Under the pieces are notes generated by a model. It searched no databases and was not told the origin of the DNA. It worked only from the letters and a program-made list of their open reading frames with translations. A stretch of 55,200 nucleotides of DNA from positions 1 to 55,200 of the forward strand of contig CALWOY010000041.1 of NCBI GenBank assembly GCA_944383255.1, read 5' to 3'. Numbering within the stretch: the stretch's first letter is position 1; every line of letters begins with the position of its first letter. A program made the translations under genes and the position numbers. This document shows, piece by piece, positions 45,962 through 54,800 of the stretch. This DNA comes from an uncultured Clostridia bacterium (GTDB lineage: Bacteria; Bacillota; Clostridia; Christensenellales; UBA1242).

Positions 45962-46918
45962 ATGGAAAAAAAATTAACATATGACAAATATGATGCAGGG
46001 CAAGGTTTTTTGTTTGCAATTTTTATGCCTTTTGTCATTTCGCTTGTTTATATATTTTTAGTTTATATTGTTGCAAGTATATGTGGCGCAGATTTGGAAA
46101 ATATTACAGAAAATACAGTATATGTCATTTTTGCAACATTAGTTAGTCCAATTGCTTTTGTGTTGACATTTGTAATTATAAATAAATTTTCTAGAACAAA
46201 TTATATTGTTGCCTTAGGTATTAAAAGTAAATTTAGTATAAAATATCTTCTTGTAACAATATTTTTGTCACTTGTTTGTGTGTTTGGAATGTCTAACTTT
46301 GTATGTCTTTTTGATGCTGTTTTGGCAAAGATAGGCTTTAATGGTTCATATTCACTTCCAATTCCTATGGATAATTTTGGTTATTTGGTTTTAAATTTGA
46401 TTGTGCTAGCCGTATTACCCGCTATTTGCGAAGAACTTGTTTTTCGTGGTATAATATTCAATGGTTTAAAGCAATATGGAAATATGAAAGCGGTTTTTCT
46501 TTCCGCAACGCTTTTTATGCTTGTACATTCAAGTGTAGAACAAACAGTTTATCCATTTTTTGTTGGAATAGTGCTTGCACTTTTGATGCTTAGAACAAAT
46601 AATATAATCTATCCGATTTTGTTGCATTTTTTTAATAACGCCATTGTTGTTGTCATAAATTATATTTCTGTTCATAGTGGCATGGTTTCAGAATTTACAC
46701 TTACCACATTTAATATTTTATTTGCAATTGTTCTTGCTATTTTGGCTGTGCTTTGTATTGTGATTGTTTTTAAAATAATTTTAAGAAATAAAAATAAATC
46801 ATATTCACAAGAAAATTTAAACCAAAATGAAAGTTCGCCAAATACATTTTTATATGTGGGTATAATTGGGGCTATAATTATTTGGATTTTTGATTTAATT
46901 TCAGGCTTTGTTGCATAA
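45962..46918 (+). CDS. CPBP-family intramembrane glutamic endopeptidase (CAAX protease/Abi type)
   Basis: 318 aa, polytopic. Motifs CEELVFRG, FMLVHS and HFFNNA are present. Confidence 0.85.
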   Translation: MEKKLTYDKYDAGQGFLFAIFMPFVISLVYIFLVYIVASICGADLENITENTVYVIFATLVSPIAFVLTFVIINKFSRTNYIVALGIKSKFSIKYLLVTIFLSLVCVFGMSNFVCLFDAVLAKIGFNGSYSLPIPMDNFGYLVLNLIVLAVLPAICEELVFRGIIFNGLKQYGNMKAVFLSATLFMLVHSSVEQTVYPFFVGIVLALLMLRTNNIIYPILLHFFNNAIVVVINYISVHSGMVSEFTLTTFNILFAIVLAILAVLCIVIVFKIILRNKNKSYSQENLNQNESSPNTFLYVGIIGAIIIWIFDLISGFVA

Positions 46919-46938
46919 CATACTTAAAAGGAAAAAAT

Positions 46939-48042
46939 ATGTATAGAGATAAAGAAATTTTTAATACAAACTTAGTATACTTTTTAATTATTTGTTTGTT
47001 TATAACAATTAGGATAATTTCTTCCACATTCAGCATTCCAACAGTTTGGGGATATATTTTAAACGGTGTTATTCAAATTGGGCTTATGTTAAGCCTGCCA
47101 CTTTTTTTGTTTAGTTATCTTCAAAAACAAAAAGTATCAAAGACTGTAAAAGATTTTGGTTTTAATAAAATTGGAATAAAAACCATTCTTTTATCATTTG
47201 TTGCTGGCATCATAGTTTATTTAATAACAATTTTTGTGGCTACATTTTTTTCAGCAATACTTTCACTTCTTGGGTATGACAATTCATCTTCTGGCACAGT
47301 AGTGTCAAGTTATCCATTGTGGCTTTTATTTGTAGAACTTTTTGTGACCGCTGTTTTGCCTGGAATTTGTGAAGAAGTTGCACATAGAGGTATGCTACTT
47401 AACGGTTACAAAAAAACTGGCACTAAAAAAGCGATTATACTTTCAGGCTTTTTATTTGGTCTTATGCATTTAAACATTGAACAGTTTTTCTATGCTAGTT
47501 TAATTGGAATTTTCTTTGGTTTTGTTGCATTTTTCACAGACAGCATATTCCCAACCATGATTATGCACTTTACAAATAATGCAATAAGCACCTTTATGGG
47601 TTATGCTTCTGCTAACAACTTGCCGATTTATGGTGCTTTTAATACTTTTATTGGGAATATGTTTGGTGGCAATGCGTTTTTGTCAATTATGATGATGTTT
47701 TTATTCATTTTAATTCTTGTAGGACTTATGTATCTTATTGTTATGGCGATGTTTAAAGACACAAGGTTAAAAAATATGGCAAAAGTTGCAGATAAAGCCG
47801 TTAAGGAAGAACTAAGGCGTAGACTTATGTCTGGTGTTGGCGGTGCTGAAGAAGTTGAAAAAGATGATGATATTGATGTTGATTTAAAAACTGTAGGGAA
47901 TAATAAAATATTTTCAATAGTTTTGCGTACTGGTTATAAAAGTGTCTATAAACCAACATTTCGTGATAACATATTTTTATATGTAAATTTATTTTTGGGA
48001 ATAGCCACGACATTATCAACTTTTATTTGGGGCGTATTGTAA
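46939..48042 (+). CDS. CPBP-family intramembrane glutamic endopeptidase, paralog with charged C-terminal extension
   Basis: 367 aa. Motifs CEEVAHRG, FGLMHL and HFTNNA, plus about 100 aa of an extra charged segment and a final TM helix. Confidence 0.85.
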   Translation: MYRDKEIFNTNLVYFLIICLFITIRIISSTFSIPTVWGYILNGVIQIGLMLSLPLFLFSYLQKQKVSKTVKDFGFNKIGIKTILLSFVAGIIVYLITIFVATFFSAILSLLGYDNSSSGTVVSSYPLWLLFVELFVTAVLPGICEEVAHRGMLLNGYKKTGTKKAIILSGFLFGLMHLNIEQFFYASLIGIFFGFVAFFTDSIFPTMIMHFTNNAISTFMGYASANNLPIYGAFNTFIGNMFGGNAFLSIMMMFLFILILVGLMYLIVMAMFKDTRLKNMAKVADKAVKEELRRRLMSGVGGAEEVEKDDDIDVDLKTVGNNKIFSIVLRTGYKSVYKPTFRDNIFLYVNLFLGIATTLSTFIWGVL

Positions 48043-48476
48043 TGATTTTTATGGATAAAGCATTAATGTGTGCAAAAAAAGCGGAGCGCATTGGTGAAGT
48101 ACCAATAGGTGCCGTTATAGTAAAAGACGGAAAGGTAATTGCAACAGGATATAATATGCGTGAAAAAAGTCAAGATGCCACTAAGCATGCAGAGATAATT
48201 GCCATAAGGCGTGCGTGTAATAAACTTAAATCTTGGCGACTTGATGATTGTGATATTTATGTCACATTAAAGCCTTGTCCTATGTGTGCGGGGGCAATAC
48301 TTAATGCCAGGATAAGATGTTGTTATTATGGTGCAAACAATCTTAATGATAATGATAACTTAATTGAAAAGATAATGGATTCAACTAAATTGTTTAATCA
48401 TAAAACAAAACTAATTTATGCTCAAAATGAACAATGTAATAAAATTTTAACACAATTTTTTAAACAAAAAAGATAA
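48042..48476 (+). CDS. tadA: tRNA adenosine(34) deaminase
   Basis: The ATG overlaps the upstream stop (TAATG). HAEIIAIRRA and PCPMCAGA zinc motifs are present. Confidence 0.9.
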   Translation: MIFMDKALMCAKKAERIGEVPIGAVIVKDGKVIATGYNMREKSQDATKHAEIIAIRRACNKLKSWRLDDCDIYVTLKPCPMCAGAILNARIRCCYYGANNLNDNDNLIEKIMDSTKLFNHKTKLIYAQNEQCNKILTQFFKQKR

Positions 48477-48526
48477 TCTTTTAGATTTGTTGTAAAAAAC
48501 TATAAAATAATGTATACTAAACACAA

Positions 48527-49927
48527 ATGACTAAAGCACAAACAAAAAACAAAAAACATAGAAGTTTTTTTAATATCCTTGAAATAATTGTGGACATAAT
48601 AGTTTATCCTGTGATTATTATATCATTTATGTCCAGTTTTTTTATGCTTGTGGCAAAAAGTAAAAATGTAATAACTCCAATATTTGGTTATACTTTTGTT
48701 CGAGTGCTTACAAATTCTATGTCGGTATATTGTCCAGAAGTACAGCGAAATTTTGTAAGTGGTGATGTTGTTGTATTAAAAACACAAGATACAATGTATG
48801 AAGTTGGAGATGTCATTGCATTTTATAATTATACCGATACAGCAGATTCACTTGCAAAGATAAATTTAACATCTGTACAATCTGGACAAGAACAAGTTTT
48901 TGATGAAGAGGGGAATCCAGTTCTTGATGAACAGGGTAATCCAACTTATAGAAATAACAACTATTTGCCAGTAAAAGATGGCGAAGGCAATACCATATTT
49001 GACCAAACCCTTTATGATAATGTTTTAAATACTGAAGTTGGCCAAAATATTCCAGGCACAAATTTTACAAAACAAAGTGTGCCAGAAAATAGACATGATT
49101 TAGACTATGTTCGTGATGTATCAAGTGTGAGAGTGTATTTTCACCAAATTGTGCAAATAAGGATTGATACATCTGGCACAATATTTTATATTACAAAAGG
49201 CACTACAAATTCTTCAACTGAAATAGTGAGAGAAGATTTGGTTGCAGGAAAATATGTTTCAACTGGTTCTTGGCTTACTGGTCTTGTCAGTTTTTGTGCG
49301 TCGACCGAAGGTATGATTTTGCTTGTAGTTGCGCCAATTTCTTTTATAGTTCTAATAGAGTTATTGTCAATACTTGAGCAAGTGAATAATATTCTTTTAG
49401 AAAAAAAAGTTATTGCTCGTGAGATGCCATTTGACAGTAAAGAGTGTGACAAGGCAAGAATAGGTATTGAAATGCGAGAAGTTGATAAAATTTTCTACTA
49501 TGATGTTATGCCCCAAGATTATAAATATGAGGTATTCGATTTCTTATGGGGCGAATTCGAAAACTCCAAAAAGAAAAAAGAGAAATATAGTTATGAAACA
49601 GCAATCGAGTCTGTTAAGGTCTATAATATGGAAGATCCATCTAAATATTATGAAGTATGGAAAAAAAGTTTTACTTCTAACAAGAAAAAACAACAAGTTG
49701 ATATAGCTTTTCAACGTTCACTTAAAGAGAAATATATTAATGTGGTGTGTACTGACTATAAAAATGAAAAACCTAGTATGCCAAAATCAAAAATAGGTAA
49801 GAAAAAAACATTTAGTGATATAAACAAAACTATAGAAAAAATAAAAGAACGTGAGAAAAAGTTGCAAAAAGACTTAAATCAAGTAGCTGATAATACAAAT
49901 TTAAAAGAGAATAAAGATGACAAATAA
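48527..49927 (+). CDS. SipW-type (ER/archaeal-type) signal peptidase I paralog 1 with large insertion and long C-terminal tail
   Basis: 466 aa. Order is TM1, then VLTNSMSV (Ser box), GDVVVLK, GDVIAFY, an insert of about 100 aa, VYFHQIV (His box), TKGTTNSS, TM2, and a Lys/Glu-rich tail of about 190 aa. Confidence 0.75.
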   Translation: MTKAQTKNKKHRSFFNILEIIVDIIVYPVIIISFMSSFFMLVAKSKNVITPIFGYTFVRVLTNSMSVYCPEVQRNFVSGDVVVLKTQDTMYEVGDVIAFYNYTDTADSLAKINLTSVQSGQEQVFDEEGNPVLDEQGNPTYRNNNYLPVKDGEGNTIFDQTLYDNVLNTEVGQNIPGTNFTKQSVPENRHDLDYVRDVSSVRVYFHQIVQIRIDTSGTIFYITKGTTNSSTEIVREDLVAGKYVSTGSWLTGLVSFCASTEGMILLVVAPISFIVLIELLSILEQVNNILLEKKVIAREMPFDSKECDKARIGIEMREVDKIFYYDVMPQDYKYEVFDFLWGEFENSKKKKEKYSYETAIESVKVYNMEDPSKYYEVWKKSFTSNKKKQQVDIAFQRSLKEKYINVVCTDYKNEKPSMPKSKIGKKKTFSDINKTIEKIKEREKKLQKDLNQVADNTNLKENKDDK

Positions 49928-50960
49928 AAAGACAAAAAATACGATTTATACACTTGCTGGTAAAATTGGGGACGTCTTTTTAATCCCTATACTTTTACTA
50001 GCACTTATTGTAACACTTATAATTTTTACACAGAACCAAAGTAATAAAGTTCCTTCTTTTTTTGGAGTTAGTGTTGTAAAAATCCTTTCTGGTTCCATGG
50101 AGAATAGTGGATTTAGAACGGGAGATAGTGTTTTTGTTACTAAAACGGATACAGATTCATTGTGGGTTGGGGATATTATAGCATTTTATCAATATCAAGA
50201 TAGTACAGATAATGTTTTTGAAAAAATTGAACTTGAAAGTGTAGATGATAGCGTAGAGATAACATTAGAAGAACCAGAAGGTCGTCGCGAAATGTCCGAT
50301 ATCACTGGAGGATCATATAGAGTTGTTTTCCATGAAATTGTTGGTGTTCTTATGGATCACACTGGTGCTAAGTATTTCAGGACAAAAGGGTCATCAAATG
50401 CGAGTGTAGATAGCATACTTATCCGTGATGATTTTGTTGTTGGCAAATATTTGAATACACCCATTTGGCTTAGAGATATTCTTCGTTGGGTTTCAAGTTC
50501 AATTGGGATGATTTGTCTTGTATGTTTACCACTTGGTATTATGATAATACTTCAATCCTTGGCTCTCATTGAACAAATTAATTTTATGTATGTAGAGAAA
50601 AAACTCATGAACGGCTCTATGGGTTGGCAAGAAAGTGAAGCTCAGAGATTAATAAAAACCGGAGAAATGGAAGTCCTGTGCCGTATAGTTATGTTTCCCA
50701 AGGTGCCAGATGACGAAAAAGAAGATGCTTTAGATGAAATTTGGAAGTTTGGAGATAAACCAACTAATAACCAAAAGGACTTATTACATCTTGCAATGCT
50801 CTCATCTAAATTTCTTAATACAAAAGGTCAAAAAGCATATTTTGAATTTTGGAAACAAAATTTGAGATTAAAATCGGATATAAAAGCCTTGGATGAGCAG
50901 CTTCAAATTTTGTCTATTAATGAACATATAAATAAAGAAAAAACTAGCAAAAAAATTTAG
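49917..50960 (+). CDS. SipW-type signal peptidase I paralog 2 with C-terminal tail
   Basis: 347 aa, overlapping paralog 1 by 11 nt. Order is TM1, ILSGSMENS, GDSVFV, GDIIAFY, VVFHEIV, TKGSSNAS, TM2, and a tail of about 130 aa related to that of paralog 1. Confidence 0.8.
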   Translation: MTNKKTKNTIYTLAGKIGDVFLIPILLLALIVTLIIFTQNQSNKVPSFFGVSVVKILSGSMENSGFRTGDSVFVTKTDTDSLWVGDIIAFYQYQDSTDNVFEKIELESVDDSVEITLEEPEGRREMSDITGGSYRVVFHEIVGVLMDHTGAKYFRTKGSSNASVDSILIRDDFVVGKYLNTPIWLRDILRWVSSSIGMICLVCLPLGIMIILQSLALIEQINFMYVEKKLMNGSMGWQESEAQRLIKTGEMEVLCRIVMFPKVPDDEKEDALDEIWKFGDKPTNNQKDLLHLAMLSSKFLNTKGQKAYFEFWKQNLRLKSDIKALDEQLQILSINEHINKEKTSKKI

Positions 50961-51017
50961 TGTGTAAAAATTGATTTTTGTTACATACTAACATTGTTAA
51001 AAAAATGCTAGTTTTTT
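50938..51017 (+). promoter_or_regulatory. Long-range hairpin with trailing T-run between the peptidase genes and the secreted-protein gene
   Basis: AAAAAACTAGCA (50938-50949) pairs with TGCTAGTTTTTT (51006-51017). The inner stem is TAGTGTGTAA/TTACATACTA. It spans the stop codon of paralog 2. Confidence 0.4.
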
Positions 51018-51040
51018 TAATTTAAAAAAAGGAGAAAATT

Positions 51041-51628
51041 ATGAAAAGAAAATTTAAATTATTTGCAACGGTGGCATCGCTTTGTTTATCTGTGGCACTT
51101 ATGGCATTCGGCGTATATGCTGCAACTTCAGTTTCTTATTCGGTAAATGGTACAGTTTCATATAATATGACTGATGTACTGGTTACAGTAACCATGCAAA
51201 CTGAGTATGTAACGGATGAGCATCAGGGACACTCTGATGGTGCGGTAACAGAACTTAGTTACGCAAACACACAACAAGTTGATACTTACACATCTTACAA
51301 TACTGGAACTAACCTTCCAGAAGGAAACGGTACACATACTGCGGATGCCGACATCAACCTCAACACTTCAAGTGCATGGAAATTGATTATCACTGTTTCC
51401 ACTATAAATCCGGGAGGAGTGGAAGTTGCAATTAATGATGCTAGTTTTGGACTTGCTGGAACTGAAAACTTTGCTGTTTTGGCAGATGTTTCAAATTCTT
51501 ATGAAACTTTAATTGAAGAAGATGGGAGTGCTCAATTTGTTTATTATGTATATTTAAAAGACACAACTGTGGCAATAGGGAGTGCAAACTTCTCGATTAA
51601 TCTCAACATAACACAATATACCGCATAA
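51041..51628 (+). CDS. Small secreted Thr/Ser/Asn/Val-rich protein; candidate SipW substrate (TasA/camelysin-like role)
   Basis: 195 aa. AGGAG RBS. The signal peptide ends AFGVYA-ATS. The mature part has no Cys and ends INLNITQYTA. Confidence 0.75.
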   Translation: MKRKFKLFATVASLCLSVALMAFGVYAATSVSYSVNGTVSYNMTDVLVTVTMQTEYVTDEHQGHSDGAVTELSYANTQQVDTYTSYNTGTNLPEGNGTHTADADINLNTSSAWKLIITVSTINPGGVEVAINDASFGLAGTENFAVLADVSNSYETLIEEDGSAQFVYYVYLKDTTVAIGSANFSINLNITQYTA

Positions 51629-51662
51629 CAAAAAAATCAGTCTTAGTACTGATTTTTTTTTG
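51629..51662 (+). terminator. Intrinsic terminator
   Basis: A-run, ATCAGT-cttagt-ACTGAT, then a T-run of at least 9. Confidence 0.65.
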
Positions 51663-51670
51663 TTTTTTTA

Positions 51671-51699
51671 TTGACAACATTTGGGTGTTTGGATATAAT
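51671..51699 (+). promoter_or_regulatory. Consensus sigma-A promoter of rpoB
   Basis: TTGACA (51671-51676), 17 nt, TATAAT (51694-51699). Leaves a leader of about 140 nt before rpoB. Confidence 0.65.
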
Positions 51700-51844
51700 T
51701 GACAAAGGAATATTATTCGAATAGTGATAATTGTAGAGATATTCTAACTAAATATTATGAAATTACAGGCACAAAGCACGGGTCATTCGTGTTGATTTTG
51801 CTTGTTATTTTCATATCTAGACACACGTTAAGGAGAATTTTTAT

Positions 51845-54800
51845 ATGCAACACAATATGCCAACACTTAAAAAAATTAAATGTGGAAAAAATGAACGTTA
51901 TACCTTTTCCAAACTTGATGAGATAGCTACTCTTCCAAATCTTTTGGATATTCAAAAAGAGCCATACAAAGAATTTTTGGAACATGGCATATATGATATA
52001 CTTCAAGAGTTATCACCAATTACTGACTATAGTGGTAAGGCAAAACTCTATTTTCTTGACACGGATATGTCAGATAAACCAAAATATGACATAAAAGAAT
52101 GTCGTAGACGTGGACTTTCTTATTCTTTGCCACTTAAAGTAAAGGCAAGGTTTGTTGTTGAAGATAGCGGTGAAGCCATTGATCAAGAGGTTTATCTTGG
52201 TGATATACCACTTATGACTGATCAAGGTTCATTTATCTTCAACGGAATTGAAAGAGTTGTTGTAAGCCAGGTTACTCGTTCTCCAAGTGTGTATTTCACT
52301 CGTGAAAAAAATGATAATTCCACGCTTCGTGGTCAAATATATCCTAGTCATGGAATGTGGCTTGAAATAGAGCAAGGTGCAAATGAAACACTTAAAGTTG
52401 TACTTGATCGTTCACATAAAATAACTCTTGGCTTATTTTTAAAATGCTTTGGCTATACTAATGATGAAATTATTAATCTTTTTGGTGGGCATAGACTTAT
52501 AAAGCAAATAATTGAAAAAGAACCACAAACAACGCAAGAAGAGGCACTTATTGAACTTGCTAGAAAAACTCGTCCAGCAGATGTTCCAAATGCTGAAAGT
52601 ACAAGAAACTATATAAATCTTTTGTTCTTTTCTGATGCATATTACAATGTCACTCGTGTTGGTAGATACAAAATCAATAAAAAACTATCACTTGCAACAA
52701 GAATAACAAATTTAGTAAGCGCTCAAAACATTGTCATAGATGATGAAGTCGTCGTTAAAAAAGGCGAAAAGATAGGCGCTGAAGTCGCTAGGCGAATACA
52801 AGATAGTGGTATAAATGAAGTTTATGTTGAACTTAATGGCAGAAACCACTTAATTAGAGGAAACAACCGCGTAAGACTTTCAAAGATTTTTCCATGTGAC
52901 GAAAAATCACTTGGAATATTAGAAGAAGTATATTATCCAAAACTTGTTCAAATACTCAAAGAAAATAAAACAAAAGAAAAACGTATTGAAGCTATAAAGG
53001 CAAATGCAAAGGACTTAATGATTACAACTCTTACAATGGATGATATTTTGGCCACAATAAGTTATTATCTTGACCTAATTGAAGGTATCGGCGAAATTGA
53101 TAATATTGACCACTTGTCCAACAAGCGTGTTGCAACTGTTGGTGAACTTATTGGGAATGCTTTCCGTGCTGGTGTTAAAAAACTAGGTGCAAATATAAAG
53201 GAAACACTTCAAGGTAAAGAACTTAGCGAGATTACACCATCTCAAATTGTTAACCCACGTCCAGTAAATAAGGCATTAAAAGACTTTATTGCACAATCAC
53301 AATTAAGTCAACTTATGGATCAAATAAATTCATTAAGTGGACTTACTCAAAAACGTAAATTCTCAGCAGTTGGTCCCGGTGGCGTTAAAAAAGAAAGAGC
53401 AAGTGCCGAAGTTCGTGATATTCACTATACACACTATGGTAGAATTTGTGCTATTGAAACCCCAGAAGGTCAAAGTATTGGTCTTATCAACACCATGGCT
53501 TCATATTGTAAGATAAATGAATATGGCTTTATGGAAACACCTTATAGGAAAGTTGATAAATCCACAGGTAAAGTAGAAAAATCTTATGAATATTACATGG
53601 CAGATGTTGAAGATAACTGCTATATCGCAGAAGCGGTTGAACCACTAGATGAAGAGCAAAGATTTATAAATGACCGTGTTCTTTGTAGACACAAAGATGC
53701 CATTGTAGAAGTTCCAAAGTCTATGGTTGACCTTATGGATGTATCTCCAAGGCAGTTTATTTCAGCAGCAACCGCACTTATTCCATTCCTTGGAAACGAT
53801 GACTCTGCCCGTGCGCTTATGGGTTCTAACATGCAACGTCAGGCAGTTCCAATTCTTAGACCTGAAGCGCCTATTGTTGGAACAGGTATGGAACGTCCAG
53901 TTGCAAAAGACTGTGGAGATATGATTGTAGCAAAGCGTAATGGTGTGGTTGATTATGTCAGCGCTGATGTAATTAAAGTTCGTGCAGATGAGGGTGGAAT
54001 TGATGAATATAAACTTATAAAATTCCAAAAAACCAATGCAGATACTTGTAACAATCAAAAACCAAATTGTCAGAAAGGTCAAAAAGTTAAGAAAGGTGAC
54101 CTTTTAGCAGATGGTTATGCAACTCAAAATGGTGAACTCGCCCTTGGAAAAAATGTCCTTGTTGGTTACATGAATTGGGAAGGATATAACTTTGAAGATG
54201 CTATACTTATTAGTGAACGTATTGTAAAAGAAGATGTTTATACATCTATAACACTTAAAGTTGAAGAAATGCCATGCAGAGCAACAAAACTTGGAGATGA
54301 GGAAATTACTCGTGATATTCCAAACCTAAGTGAAGATGCTCTTAAAAACCTTGATGAGAATGGCATTGTTCGCGTAGGGACAGAAGTTCGCCCTGGGGAT
54401 ATATTAGTTGGTAAAGTTACACCAAAAGGTGAAACTGAGCTCACCCCAGAAGAAAGACTGCTTCGTGCAATATTTGGCGATAAAGCCCGTGAAGTTCGTG
54501 ATACTTCACTCCGCGTTAAACATGGCCGTGGTGGTGTTGTTGTTAATGTTGAAGTATTTTCAAGAAAAAATAAAGATGAACTTGACCCAGGTATTAATAT
54601 GCTTGTCAAAGTTTATGTAGCACAAAGAAGAAAACTCTCAGTCGGTGACAAGATGTCTGGTCGTCACGGAAATAAAGGTGTCGTATCCAGAGTGCTTCCA
54701 GAAGCAGATATGCCATTTATGGCTAATGGTCAGCCACTTGACATTGTGTTAAACCCACTAGGCATTCCATCCCGTATGAATGTCGGTCAGGTGCTAGAAG

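Noticed and set aside
51699-52006. ORF-track ORFs 51699-51926 (+) and 51755-52006 (-) in the region lacking a listed long ORF
   Set aside because: The region is the leader and 5' end of rpoB (ATG 51845). rpoB is missing from the track only because it has no stop within the window. The two short ORFs are in other frames.
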